NCBI GenBank assembly: GCA_030295235.1
Contig: AP026153.1
Coordinates: 620,001-684,000 of the forward strand
Reading direction: 5' to 3'
DNA length: 64,000 bases
DNA from: Fistulifera solaris
Lineage: Eukaryota
Below are positions 1-13,707 of this stretch, piece by piece. A program made the position numbers and the translations under genes. The notes under the pieces were generated by a model, which saw nothing but the letters and a program-made list of their open reading frames with translations, did no database searches and was not told where the DNA came from. Numbering within the stretch: position 1 is the stretch's first letter; each line of letters begins with the position of its first letter.

Positions 1-3000
1 CTCGGCCTTTTCTTCGTACTGCTTCAGTTCAGCAACTTGTTCTAAAAGCGCGAATCTTTCCTCGTCTCTGGCAGCGACTACATTCTCAAGTGCACGACAC
101 TCTGCGGTTCTCTGTTCCACAAAAATTCTTTGTTGTTGCAGCTCGTGTTCATGAAGTCTCTGTTGCTCGTTCAACTGCATTGATAATTCATCTCGTATAT
201 GGCGTAGTTCTTGAAATTCGGCATCGCGAGCTTGTTCCCTACGTCGTGATTCAGCTTTGAATTCTTCCATCATCAGTGCAGATGTTCTAGCTTCTTCTTG
301 CTGCGCCTCTTGCACGTTTCGAAGATCCTTTTGTAATGTTTCGCATTCTGCTTCTTTCACCGTCAACCGATCTAAGACAATAGCATCGTGTCTCATCTGT
401 TCATTGGCCGTTTCTAGTTCTGTCTGCAGCCCAAGGTTCTGTTCAGATAAGTTTGAGCACATCCCCTCGAGCTCTGTGATACGATTTTGGAGCCTTCGGA
501 TTTCACTCTCTAAATGTATTGTCGTGTCAGAACCAATGGAAAGAAATGCACGGTCATCCGTCCCATGATTGGAATCATTTGGCGATGAACCATTTTGTAC
601 TGTTATTGAAGGAAAGATAGGACCAGGTCTTTGTGGTAACGACATTTCAAAGCCCCCCCTTCTATGAGGCGTCGACGGTGGAGTATCAGCATCAGCAAAC
701 GACTTGCTCGTCCCGTCATGTTCTCCGTGTAGATTCAAATTATCCGATGGCTCTTCATTCACGACAGGAGTGGAATATGTGTCGTTCGTAATGGATGCAT
801 CAAATCGGACCGACATGCGCTCCTGGTCGGAAGCTATGGATTGACTAGAACTGCGTAAAGCTCCTCGAAGGAATGCATTCGATGCAAGAGCAGCTTTATC
901 AGACATACAAGCCTCCGACCCGTCGAAATCAATTTCATCTTCCCAACCGTCTCCGTCGTCACAGCTTCCATTCTCCGATACAGTGGCTAGCGCGTCAACT
1001 GTCGAACCTCCTCGAGAAGGTGCGGAGGAAACCCCCGATGTTGGAAGATGATCAACTACTGGACCGTACTTGCTATCGTCCTCCTCATCATCCTCTGATA
1101 ATTGTGACCGGGCAACAGTGCCAACCGAGTCACTTTTAAGAAGTTCCTTCTGATCGGGTAGCTGGTCAACAACAACCTTAGTCTCCAAAGCGGGTTCTGA
1201 AGGCGCTTCAGAAGCATCTTCTTTACTCATCGCTCGGCACTCGGAAGCTGTGACCTGAGTAGCAATAGAAGCATGAGACAAACCTGGCGAAAGGACAGTC
1301 GGGGTAGCATCCACGACAGGACCAAACTCGTCTTCCCTCGGATCAACTTGGAGTTGCGACTGGGCACCAATAGTCAATTCGGATGCAGCATCCCGTGCAT
1401 TTTGCGCAACAACCGAATCCGGAGCAGGAATAAAATCTACAAGTTGCTCCTCCTCAGTCTGGTCAACGGGCTCGTCTATTCCCGACTGGGGATTGGGGGC
1501 CGCTTCTGTCGAGGTTCCAGCATCGTGTTGTCCCCAGCTATCATCATCACCTTCCGTACCGTCTGCATCGTCTAAATCTTCTGCCACCATGGACGGTGCG
1601 AAAACGATAGTTGAAGCGGCACCAGAGGGGTGCTCAGGAGTCCCAGGAAGTGGTTGAATTGGGGTAACATCGACCACTAGGCCAAAATGAGATACTCCTT
1701 CTTGAGTAGTATCATCGACAACAGATAATATTTCTGACGGATCCGCAGCCACACCAGTCGACGCATCTCCGTACCTGGACGCATCTCCGTAACGCGAATC
1801 TGATCGAGGAGGTACATGATCAACCAGCTGATCTTCTTCTGATCGTAACGGTCCCGGCATTTCCTCATCAACAATTGTTTCGTCACCGACTAGCGAGCCC
1901 TCAATAACAGTGTCCTCACCCTCCAAAGTAGCCTCATCCTCTTCGCCAAGCTGGACTAAAACTGAATCCGAGCGAAGATTCATTGGAGCAGGAGTCAGCG
2001 GAGTGTAGTCCACCACATTACCGTAAACAACCTTTTCGCCGGTGCTGTCAACATCTCCATCTTCTTTTGTCAAACCTTCTGAACCTGTAACATCGACGGA
2101 CGGTTCGCGAACAAGCGAAGACACAGGTCCTATTTCAGATGGTGTTTGATCAACTACAACAATTTTGTCACCAGCAATTGTAGAGCTTGGTTCTTCTCCA
2201 TCATGACCACTTTCTTGATCTTCCAAAACCGGATCCTCCTGATCCCAACCACTGGCACCTCCTATGGTAGAATCATAGCAACTGTCGTCTTCAAAATCCT
2301 TTTTAAAGTGAACAGCAAGTGAATTGGCACCTGAATCGGACACAGAAGGTCTCGGAGTTTGAGGCAATACGTCAACAACGGGGCCGTAGTTCAATTCATT
2401 CTCGTCGTCATACACTTCTTCCTCCACTGATATTTCTGTGTTGCGGGTTACATCTACCCCAGCTGCCAATGCAGCTACGGATGGATCCAGCTCCGTATCA
2501 TTTTCCGCTGGCATCTCCGATGGTGTATGATCTACTAGATGGGAGTGCATGGTGAGTTCGGAAGCGAATGTGGTAATTTTCTTCCGAGAGCTTCTGCGCT
2601 CTACGCCCGTCGAGGCGGTTTTCTCACTTTCTTCGTCATCTAAAATGTTGTCATCCTCCCAACCACGTGGAGAAGCGACGTCAGATGCAACTCGTTCACC
2701 AATTGTTGAATCCCCGTAGTAGCTCTCGTCCATTTTGTCATCGTCCTCCAAGTCTCCTCTCAGCGCCGAAGCATGAACATCCATTGAACAATCACCCGAA
2801 TACGAAACTGGACGACTCGGAGTTCGTGGTAAATGATCAACAATAAAACCAAAATTCATTTCATTTTCATCATCGTATACCTCTTCATCCTCACCGTTGC
2901 CTGTATCTCTCGTAAGGTCCTCCTCTGCAGCAAGAACTTTGATAGACGGATCTAAAACAGAGTCGGTTCCATCCCCTGGCAGCTCTGAAGGAGTGTGATC

Positions 3001-4599
3001 TACGACGTAGATCTGAGTCGTAAGTTGCGAAGAAAACGTGGCCGTCTTCTTTTCAGGACGTTTTGTTTCCGAAGCCGTATTTAAATTCCCCGTTTCTTCT
3101 CCCTCGTCTTGATCTTCGTAATCATCATCGACAAGAATATCATCGTCATCATCCCAACCGCCACTTGTGCCGCCAGCCACCATTGAATCTCCATTCAGTG
3201 TGTCATCCATTTCTTCATCTTCTCGTATATCTTGTTCAAGAGCTTCGGCATGAACAGCCAGTGAACCGGTAAAAGGAGCCGGTGGGATGTCATCCAGGGA
3301 ACAAAGAGATTCTTTCCGAGACGAAGCTACAGGCGTCAAATCAACCACCAGCCCAAAGGCATGCCTACTATTTTGTGGATCGCAATCCACAAATTCATCT
3401 TGAGCCGCCATGGAATCTATTTCAGAAGCGAGCACATCCACGGAGGCGTCGGTAGATGGCTGCGGCTTTATCTCAGATGGAGTGTGATCCACAACAGTGG
3501 GTTCTTTTGGTTCTTCAGGCTCATCATCAATGAGAACAGAAAGATCGTCTTCATCGTCGGCCCATCCGCTCGTTTCTCCAATCGTCCCGTCGCCATCATT
3601 GCCTTGCACCGCCAGTGAGTCTCCCCGAACCAGAGGAATCGCCGGCGTTCGCGGCAAATTATCAACTAATGGAGCATAATTGATTTCGTCTTCATCATCG
3701 TAAACATCTTGCTCTTCTTCAATAAAGCGATCATTTGGATCACCCACCGGACCCGTATCACGAGTCCTATCATCTGCAGCGGCCAGAACAGCCAAGGAAA
3801 TATCCGAAGCCTGAACCAAGTGCTCTCCGGTCAAAGGGACGTGATCAACTACCATCGACACGGGATGCGCTGCTGGCTGAAAGGCCGCAACGTCCTCCCT
3901 CATCGTAGGTAGCCTGTCTTGATTCAACATTCTCGTCTACAACCCGATCCGTGGGCCCCGAAAGATCCAAAGCAAAATCATCGTCATTCCACCCATCATT
4001 GGTGTCAGTTGGTTCGTGTGGAGATTCTTCTTCTTCGCAAAGAGGCCCAGCCTCAGTGTGTTGAGCAGCCGGAAGTTCCGTTTGCAACACCATTTGCGAT
4101 GCGGAGAGATTTAAGGAGTCATCTTCCTCGTTCCACCCGTCATTTACGTTGATTGACTCTTGAGAACTCACATCTTTCATCGATTGCGTTGCCTCTACTT
4201 GTCTTGGCGAACGAAAAAGTCGGAGGCTCCTTCGTCCACGCCCCAACGATACTCCTCGGTTACTGTGCCTTCGGTAGCCAGCATCTCATCGTGTAAATCC
4301 GGTATACCCTCCCTAAAATTTTGTTGTGTATCCACCTGTTCTAAGTAATGATCTAATTCGTCTTCACTCTCCGCCCATCCGTCTTCTTGGTATTCCTCCT
4401 CATCCTCTTCGTTCGGTTGCGTCACTTCCGCGAGGAATTGCGTCAATCGTCCGCTCAATCGATTGACACCGGCAGCAAGACGTGCCGAAGGAGGTATCAT
4501 AGTCCTATTTTCATCTTCGTTTGTGCGTTCGCTTTCGGAGTATTCTTCTTCTTCTTCCCAACCATCCGGTTGTGTGGCACGCAATAAATTGGTCCACAT
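1..4599 (-). CDS. Large acidic protein with degenerate internal repeats and a C-terminal coiled coil (golgin/tether-like); 3' end lies outside the window
   Basis: ATG at 4599 (MWTNLLRATQPDGWEEEEEY). Two apparent 1-bp frameshifts (~4220 and ~3900), then one open minus-strand frame running off position 1 (absent from the ORF track because it has no stop in the window). Manual translation shows recurring VVDHTP, (Y/F)GxVVDxxP and GW[DE]D motifs, and an E/Q/L/R-rich coiled-coil-like stretch below ~540. Confidence 0.75.
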
Positions 4600-5134
4600 G
4601 GTGTTTTTAAACGAATCAACAACGGAGTATTTCAAACTGTTTGTGTCGTGTCGTTTCGTCAAAAAACAGCTTTTCTTGTTAGGGATAACAAACGAGAAAA
4701 CAAATAAAATGAAATATTGTCTTTATTGTAGATGCAGATAATAATAGCAAATACAACAACATCAACAACAACGAGCGACCAAAAACGCGATCCTCTCCGT
4801 GATCTCTCGCGTCTCTCGTCGTCGTTGCGTCTCGCCGTGTCTTCGCGAGCCTACAATCCACGTTACAGTCAATCCAAGGGATCCGTTCGGACATTTTCAA
4901 CGGATGACTGTACATCGCGTCCTACCGGCACTGACAACTGACAACCCACCGCTAAGCCGCTAAGAGCTAAGAGCAGTCACTACCTGGAACCAGTACCACT
5001 GGAAAATACTACTCGTGAATCAAGTTATTGCCCAACCGGTACCCAAAATCCCTTCACTAGCACCAGTTCTGGGAAATAATAGAGAGGCAAAAGTTTTTCC
5101 CTTTCCCCTTTTTTGGCAACAAGACTCGGTGCTA

Positions 5135-6480
5135 ATAACGAAAGGAATTGCGTGTTCCAGAAATTCTGGATAAGTTATTTCATATCTGAGGAGGTCCAAA
5201 AAAAAGACCAGTTTTTCGAAACGATGAAATGCTGTGCGCATTCCAGAAAATATGTAAAGAGTGTTTTGGATCCTACCGGAATGCTATTTGCGTCCCAGAA
5301 ATTCCGGAAACTATGTTTTGGATCAGAACGAAAGAAAATGCAAATTCCAGATATTCTGGAAAGTTTGCTCCGCATTATTTCTGATCATACAGAAATTCTG
5401 TGGTGGTCCAGAAATTCTGGACCAGTTCTTGCGATCTGATGAAATGCTGTGCAAGCTCCAGAGAATCATAGCCACAGAATGTGCACGTTCCAGAAATTCC
5501 GGACACTTTGTTTTTTATCATAACGAAAGAAAATGCAAATTCCAGATATTCTGGAAATGTTGCTCCGTATTATTTCTGATCATACAGAAATTCTGTGGTG
5601 GTCCAGAAATTCTGGACCAGTTCTTTCGATCTGATGAAATGCTGTGCACGCTCCAGAAATTCAAAGCATGGTGTTGGATATCAAAGAGACAGAATGTGCA
5701 CGTTCCAGAAATTCCGGACACTTTGTTTTTTTATCATAACGAAAGAAAATGCAAATTCCAGATATTCTGGAAATGTTGCTCCGTATTATTTCTGATCATA
5801 CAGAAATTCTGTGGTGTTCCAGAAATTCTGGACCAGTTCTTTCGATCTGATGAAATGCTGTGCACGCTCCAGAAATTCAAAGCATGGTGTTGGATATCAA
5901 AGAGACAGAATGTGCACGTTCCAGAAATTGCGGACACTTTGTTTTTTTATCATAACGAAAGAAAATGCAAATTCCAGATATTCTGGAAATGTTGCTCCGT
6001 ATTATTTCTGATCATACAGAAATTCTGTGGTGTTCCAGAAATTCTGGACCAGTTCTTTCGATCTGATGAAATGCTGTGCACGCTCCAGAAATTCAAAGCA
6101 TGGTGTTGGATATCAAAGAGACAGAATGTGCACGTTCCAGAAATTCCGGACACTTTGTTTTTTTATCATAACGAAAGAAAATGCAAATTCCAGATATTCT
6201 GGAAATGTTGCTCCGTATTATTTCTGATCATACAGAAATTCTGTGGTGGTCCAGAAATTCTGGACCAGTTCTTTCGGCCCTACCGAAATGCAGTGCGCGC
6301 TCCAGAAATTCAGGGTACGGTGTTGAGAATCATAGCAACAGAATGTGCACGTTCCAGAAATCTCGGAAACTTTGTTTTGGATCATAACGAAAGAAAATGC
6401 AAATCATCCCAGAAATTCTGGAAATGTTGCTCCGTATAATTTGTGATCGTACAGAGATTCTGTGCTGAGAAATTCTGGGT
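5135..6480. repeat. 216-bp tandem array built from CAGAAATTCTG-type sub-repeats
   Basis: Near-identical blocks recur every 216 bp (ORF-track repeats at 5518/5734/5950 and 5595/5811/6027); about 4 clean copies with degenerate flanks. Confidence 0.95.
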
Positions 6481-9400
6481 CTGGTACCGTACCGGTAACT
6501 GGTAAACACGCTTCTCACGATGACCCCGACGTTTTCATTGCGCTGTTATTTTTTGCGAATGTTTCATTCATTCATTCATCCATTCCTTCCTTTCGAGGCT
6601 TTTGAGCGCTACTTAAAACATGAAATCAGCAATGAACATTACAAGTGAAGAGCAAGAAAGGTTTAACAATAATTCTGAAAGTCATGTATCGCAAAGGAAG
6701 ACCGCAAGCCGCGGCCGAGCGTCCTGACGTGTGCTGCCGCGGCACTCCGTGAGCTCAAACATGCAACTGCTACAAAGCGAGAAGGTGCCACGGCTTATTT
6801 ATGACCTTTTTATTGTGATCCTGGCGATCAGTGGCTCGAACGAGAATAGGATTTCGTCAGAAGGATGCATGTTGCGGGCTTTTCCCAGACAGCTATTTGG
6901 AATACGTTACCGTCGACGGTAATGAAGATGTTTTAGAAGTGTTGTCGCCAGATGTTCTTTTTTCACTGGTATCAAGTTTCAAGACAGCTAGAACTAGACC
7001 AATCAACCGCTGACGTGACTTTCGCCTGATATACTCATTTGATAATGGATCGCATGAGATCAAGCGCAAATTCGAAGGCTTTATTCTTGTGGTGCAAGTG
7101 AAAAAGCTATGAAATTCATTGGCAAGCCATTCCTGCAAATACCGAATGTCCTTTTCCGACTTCATAAAGGTTCCTTTTCCGTCGATAGGCGTTCTCCTCC
7201 GTGAAAGATTGGAGGATGCAAGTTTTTCTTCAAACGTTATTGTCCTGTGACAAACGGCGTTAATACGTCAAATAGGAAATCGTGTGAGCTGGATAGTGTT
7301 TGCCTGGTTTGTCGTGGCGCCGCTTCAGTTTCTAAGTTGTGAGACCGGCGGACGCTTTGATGATTCGTGCATTTACGCTAAATTTCCACCATATCATTCA
7401 TCAATCTCTGGTCAAACGCATTGACGCCGCACTCACGAAGAAGAAGACCGCATGCAACAACTCACACGTTTTATCGTACGCGTCGTGGAATCAATCTGTC
7501 ATGGGGAGTTTTCCGACTACCACGATGGCAACCGCTCAAGAAATCGCCGATTGTTCTTTAAAAGTGACAGTTCGAGTGGTGGACAATTCGAATGGCTGGC
7601 CGTGAATTTCCTCGTGATCTTTGGCCTAGTTTAGTATTCGCGCCGTTGACCACCATGTCACGTAAATCAATGCGCTTGCGGAAACCACGTATAATTACAT
7701 GGATAGTAAAACGCAGACGTTCCGGGGGCAAAAATGAAAGAACGAATGATCGTATCCCTTTCGCAAGTTGTTTGCAGTGCTCTTAGCTAGCTTGCAGTCG
7801 GCGGCATGGCAGGTTAACGTTACGACACCGAAGATCCATCATGCACCATAGGTTATGTAAAGGTCTTCCTGAATTTGCAAGTCCAGCTAAATCGCTAGGC
7901 GTCCATGAAGTGGGAACTGAGACAACTGCTGGACGTTTATATCATCAAGTCGTCCACGAAAGGTGAATTGGCACGCTAATTAAGAGTTCATGTCCTCACA
8001 ACGAGAAGAAGATCACCATTCCCTTGATATTCTCGCTTCTCATACTAGGATTGTGCACAAGCCGTTTGAAAGCGACGCAACTCGCGATGGCACTACGACG
8101 GAAATCTTTCAGGTAGCTGCTGCTACTAACCTGACCTACTGCCGATAAGCGTTTCTTCTATTCTCGCGACGACTAAAGTGACAAAACGCATTCAAACTAC
8201 GGTTACTACAACAACAGCTACAACTAAATGTTAGCGGTACTTCTTTTGAGTTGCTTGTTTCTAGTTCATATCATTTTTTAAATTACTTTTACTTGTGCGT
8301 CAGATTGATCTTTTGGGCCAGCTTTTTGCTGGCACAGTCTCAGTCTTTGGCCCGATACTGTGTGGAAGAGAGCTTACACTTTTGTGGTCCATTTTTCACC
8401 TCTTTTGGGCGCCGCCCTTTGTCGGACGGGGGCGCGTATGCTTATGCAACCAAACAACCCTCATTTGGGATCGGGTAGAGCGAGCCTTGTCAATGTTGGG
8501 ACTTTGCCCTAACACGGGGCCGCCACCTCAAGGTATGCCATCTCGGTCGACTTTGTCGCCGGGGTCATCCTTCGGGTGGAATTTCTACCATGCTGCCTTA
8601 CTATGGAGCTAACCTCTTCCAGCTGGTTTTCAGCCGGCCCTCCTTTGGCGGGTGTCGGCCGCCAATCTGGGGGACGCCACCGGGATAGGTATGGTCATCG
8701 CAATCGGTCGTATCGGTCCTCTTTGAGGCCGTCGCCGTTGGTGCCATCCTCCTCTGTCGTGGAATTTCCATGGCAACTTTACGGAGTGATTGCATACCAG
8801 GTCGTCCCCGTGGATTCCGCTTGGAGGCTTTCCTCCAGCACGACACCATCTTTGGGTGTCGAGTAAGCTTCTCTCCTCTTACTGCGCAACCTGCCACGCA
8901 TACGCTGGTACCAACACTGAAGTTACCCTCAGGCCGCACTTTGTCCATGGTCTTTGCCACGGCGCTTTTGAAAGAGAATCAAGGTGAGTAGCGGTGAAGG
9001 CCCCGAGGCGCAGCACATACTCTCATTCCTTGAAACAGAGAATTTGAGGCGAGGAGCGGTGAAGGCCTCAGGGCTCAGCACATCACTCGGCCTCTCTCCA
9101 GAGCAAGAGAGGGACGGAGGCTCAAGGCACCCGCGATTTCTCGTTGCTCCCATTGTGGCAGGAAGCTACTCCGCAGGGCCCGTGCACTACCCGTCAGTAT
9201 GAGGCTTCCCTGCGGACGAAGATCATTATATTATCTGACTGCAATACGCAAAATAGAAACAAGGTGAGCGAGTGAAAAGATTCACTGCTCTGTCAGAGAC
9301 AAATTGCACTTTGTGTGTGATTTGACACAAGGTGCAATTTGTGAGAAGAAAGAAGGATGCATGCGACAGGTTGATTGTCAAGTAAGTCGTGCGGAGCGCC

Positions 9401-9995
9401 GTTTCTTTTCAGCCGTTTCCGTTTTCGAGACCAGTTTTCGATCGCCAATTTGCGTCTCCGACAAAAACGGGATTGATGATTGAAACAAAGTAAAACCGAA
9501 ATACAAATCAAGCAAGAGAAGTTAATTAATCATTATCGTAAAGATTATTATGAATGAGCAAAGACGGCAACGAGATCCGAAAAAAAAGCATCGCATCATC
9601 GTCGCAATAACATACATAACATCGCATCGTGTTGTTTCGAGCTTCGCTACAGTGTACCAATACTATAGCGAAAACTGTGGCCTGGGGCCATAAGGTATCG
9701 ATAAAATTCCTAGGAGGCCTACGTGGAATCGTCGTACACTTTCCATGCGACGCATTTTTCCTCATTTCTATTATTTTAGTCAGGTTGATGTCGAATACTA
9801 GTCTATGCGAAGTGTATAATCAATGCCAAGGAAATACCTGATTCAGAAATCGGAGTTTCTGAAAGAAAGAATAAACAATATTTGTGCCAAAAGAGAAAAA
9901 CCAGTGGAAAATTCAGTCAAATGTCGAAAAAGCATCCGCATTTCAGGAAAATTAGGAATAAATATTTAGGATTTTATTATTCTATTGAAAAAACT

Positions 9996-10455
9996 AACTA
10001 TCATCTTCATTCGAAACGCAATAATTTGTGTCGAAAAGCATCCGTATCATTTACAGCCATTTTTACTATAATGGTGAAGTGTTGGTTGTACGCGATAGCG
10101 ACTTAATCTATTTCAGTCACTTGAACGGCACCGAGGCAATGAGAGCATTAAAGGTGTCCACAATCAAAAGCACGAAGTGTGTAATCAAATGCCATGGAAA
10201 TACCAACATATGAACAAACTATCATCTTCATTCGAAACGCAACCATTTGCGTCGAAAAGCATCCGTATCATCTACTGCTCTTTTCACTATAATGGTAAAG
10301 TGTTGGTTGTGCGCGATCGCGACTTAATCTATTTCAGTCACTTGAAACGCCACCGAACCACCGAAGCAATGAGGGCACCAAAATTGTCCACAAACAAAAG
10401 CACGAAGTGTGTAATCAAATGCCATGGAAAAACCAATATATGAACTAACTATAAT
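9996..10455. repeat. Tandem duplication with ~220-bp unit
   Basis: aactatcatcttcattcgaaacgca at 9996 and 10217; cacaa.caaaagcacgaagtgtgtaatcaaatgccatggaaa occurs twice. Confidence 0.9.
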
Positions 10456-10479
10456 CTACTGTTATAGCTCTTTGCTGGA

Positions 10480-11858
10480 TTGTACAACAAAGGGTTCCGT
10501 TTTGCGTCTCTCGCATCCGTCCATTGTCATTCAACTGCAAATATATTTAGAATTACAGGTAAGTTAAGTCGCAACAATGATAACTTAAAACTACAAAATA
10601 AGAGTTTCTTTAATTTTCACGTCGAAAATCTGAGGATCGACGCCTTGAATTTTCACTATGCAACAGAGTGTTGGTTTACGCCAGCCAAGACTGGATTGTA
10701 CAGTGGTCATGAGTCATGAACCAAACAACAAAAGATTCCGTGATGCGTCTCTCGCATCCGTTTATTGTCATTCAAATGCGAATAAAATTACAATTACGGG
10801 TAAATATAGTCGCAACAATGATAATTCGGAACTATTTGTTAAGAATTTCTTTTATTTTCACGCCGAAAATCCGAGGATCGACACCTTGAATTTCCACTAT
10901 GAAACGGAGTGTTGGTTTACGCTAGCCAAGACTGGATTGTACAGTAGTCATGAACTGAACAACAAAGGGTTCCGTTCTGCGTCTCTCGCATCCGTCCATT
11001 GTCATTTAACTGCAAATATAATTATAATTACGGGTAAATATAGTCGCAAAAATGATGATTCGGAACTATTTGTTAAGAATTTCTTTTATTTTCACGTCGA
11101 AAATGTGAGGATTGACAACTTGAATTTCCACTATGAAACGGAGTGTTGGTTTAGGCAAGCCAAGACTGGATTGTACAGTGGTCATGAGTCATGAACCAAA
11201 CAACAAAAGATTCCGTTCTGCGTCTCTCGCATCCGTCCATTGTCATTTAACTGCAAATATATTTAGAATTACAGGTAAATTAAGTCGCAAAAATGATGAT
11301 TCGGAACTATTTGTTAAGAATTTCTTTTATTTTCACGTCGAAAATGTGAGGATTGACAACTTGAATTTCCACTATGAAACGGAGTGTTGGTTTACGCCAG
11401 CCAAGACTGGATTGTACAGCGGTCATGAGTCATGAACCAAACAACAAAAGATTCCGTTCTGCGTCTCTCGCATCCGTTTATTGTCATTCAAATGCGAATA
11501 AAATTACAATTACGGGTAAATAAAGTCGCAACAATGATGATTCGGAACTATTTGTTAAGAATTTCTTTTATTTTCACGTCGAAAATGTGAGGATTGACAA
11601 CTTGAATTTCCACTATGAAACGGAGTGTTGGTTTAGGCCAGCCAAGACTGGATTGTACAGTGGTCATGAGTCATGAACCAAACAACAAAAGATTCCGTTC
11701 TGCGTCTCTCGCATCCGTCCATTGTCATTTAACTGCAAATATAATTATAATTACAGGTAAATATAGTCGCAACAATGATGATTCGGAACTATTTGTTAAG
11801 AATTTCTTTTATTTTCACGTCGAAAATCCGAGGATCGACGCCTTGAATTTTCACTATT
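10480..11858. repeat. Tandem array with 234-241 bp unit, ~5.7 copies
   Basis: gccaagactggattgtacag and gcgtctctcgcatccgt recur; gaaccaaacaacaaaagattccg at ~10718, 11193, 11434 and 11675. Confidence 0.95.
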
Positions 11859-12358
11859 CTCTATTATTACCCGGATATTGCTGGATTCGACATCATCCTA
11901 GTTTTGACTGACTGCAATCCAATCCTTAACGCTTCAACGACATCGCTGCTAAGCTAAGATACAACGCTTTGAACTCCTTCGCGAAAGCCATTTATCGACG
12001 TAGGTAGCAACCGAGACTTTTATCGGGTTCGACCTCGTTAATTTTCTGGTCCGACTGCGACGGCGTTGATCCCACCATTCGTCAACATAGCTTCGTAGAG
12101 ACCGTAAGCAAGAATTGACGTGGATTGGAACGCCAAACAAGAAAAAGACGACAGATAAAATTGTGCGATTGTCTACGTGCAGTGTAAGTAGGCGTCTTCG
12201 TAGCAACTTGTGTTAGTCTATCTAGTGGTTTTTGGATACTACTTGATATCGATCGCACAACCTGTAGCTTTCTTCTGTTTGTTAGCATAATGAAACAAGA
12301 TGTTCTATTCGTTACAAGATTCATAGTGTATAAGTCAAAATCATGGCATCCGCACGAG

Positions 12359-13707
12359 TTATGGATCAAATGGACAGACCGGCAAATTGCTTTCGTCCTC
12401 CTCTTCTTCAATATGAAAGCATATTACGTCGTCTGGATTGTCGGCCTCGAGCTCGTCATCAAATTGGTAATGCAAATCACTTTGTTTGGGTACGTCTTCG
12501 TATGCGTCTTTGTCCGCCGCATTGTCTGGGGGCGGCGGGTGCTCCGATCCTCGCCAATCGAATTCCAAGTCTTCCATGTCACTCTGTTCTTGAAACAATT
12601 CTTCGGAAATGCGACCGGAAAAGGGTGTGATGGAGGGCCTTACAACTCTGGAACTGACGGGGAGGTTCATTTGTGATGAAACAGTCAAAGTAGAAGAGAA
12701 AATGGAAAGTCTCGATCCGGTTCGATTGCAGTGACTCTGGTGATCGCTTCCTTCCGATATTTTGGTTACTGATTGTGACGTGCAGCAAACCGAACATCCG
12801 AGCCATGAAAACAACACTTGGACTGCCAGTTGGATATCTGGTTTTTGTAGCGAAAGAATTGCCGTCACAAATACCTGAAAGAACCCCAGTAATATGGCTG
12901 TCCAAGTCGCCCAAACGTTGCGGATAAAAACGACCAAAATAGAAGGAGCAAAAATGCATGCGTAGCAATTAGCGATTCGATAAAAGAATACAGCAATTGT
13001 TCGCCTTTGCCCTTTCTTCGGAAGCAGTTTGTTGCGTCGAACTTTCCAAACTAACCATATTACGTAAGAATACGGAATCAAGCAGGAGATGGGGATCAGA
13101 GCGAGCCATAGGAAAAGTAGTGATGTTTGATCGTGATCAATCGGTATACACAAAACGTCGTTTTGCATGATCGGTTCAATCGGGAAGCTCGGATATCCGA
13201 AGGAGGAAAACGTTGCAATCACCGCCGCCCATAGATACACAAACAAGGCATTCCGTGCGGCTCTCCTTCGTGTCGGAGGTAAATATCGTAAACAACACAT
13301 GCTACTGCAAAGCATAAAGTGTAACTCGTAACCGATGACAGCAAAAAGCCAACACGTTGATGTGACGTGCCATATCAACATAAATGACTCGAAGCGACAG
13401 AGCTGTGAGGAAAAGTGCACGGTAGATGCATTGATGGCACAAAGAATAGCAAAAGTGATGGAGACGGCACCATTAGGAAGAAGCAAGGCGAGAAGGTAGC
13501 TCTACATACATAACAGAGTGAGGGAATGAAGCAAGAATGCCGACTGACAAGAGAATTGACTCGTCAACTTACGTTGAAGGGACTACTGCGCGCTTTTCTA
13601 GAAAGAAGGATCGCCAAGGCAATCACCAATGTCAGGGTTCCGTATATTATTGTGAGTGTTGTCGCCGCCGACGATAACATGACTTGAATGTAATACGAGT
13701 CCATCAT
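12359..13707 (-). CDS. Seven-transmembrane GPCR-like receptor (diatom-type), one intron 13502-13572
   Basis: Exon 1 MMDSYYIQ...LAILLSRKARSSPFN splices (GTAAG...TAG, 71 nt) in frame to SYLLALLLPNG of the 375-aa ORF; about seven hydrophobic segments and an acidic C-tail. Confidence 0.8.

Noticed and set aside
5261..6439. 392-aa repetitive ORF
   Set aside because: By-product of a 216-bp satellite (length divisible by 3); GTG start, implausible Cys/Phe/Trp-rich composition, and the same DNA motif occurs elsewhere in either orientation.
10480..11911. Repeated 80-180 aa ORFs in the 241-bp array
   Set aside because: The unit length is not a multiple of three, so frames shift between copies; non-coding satellite.
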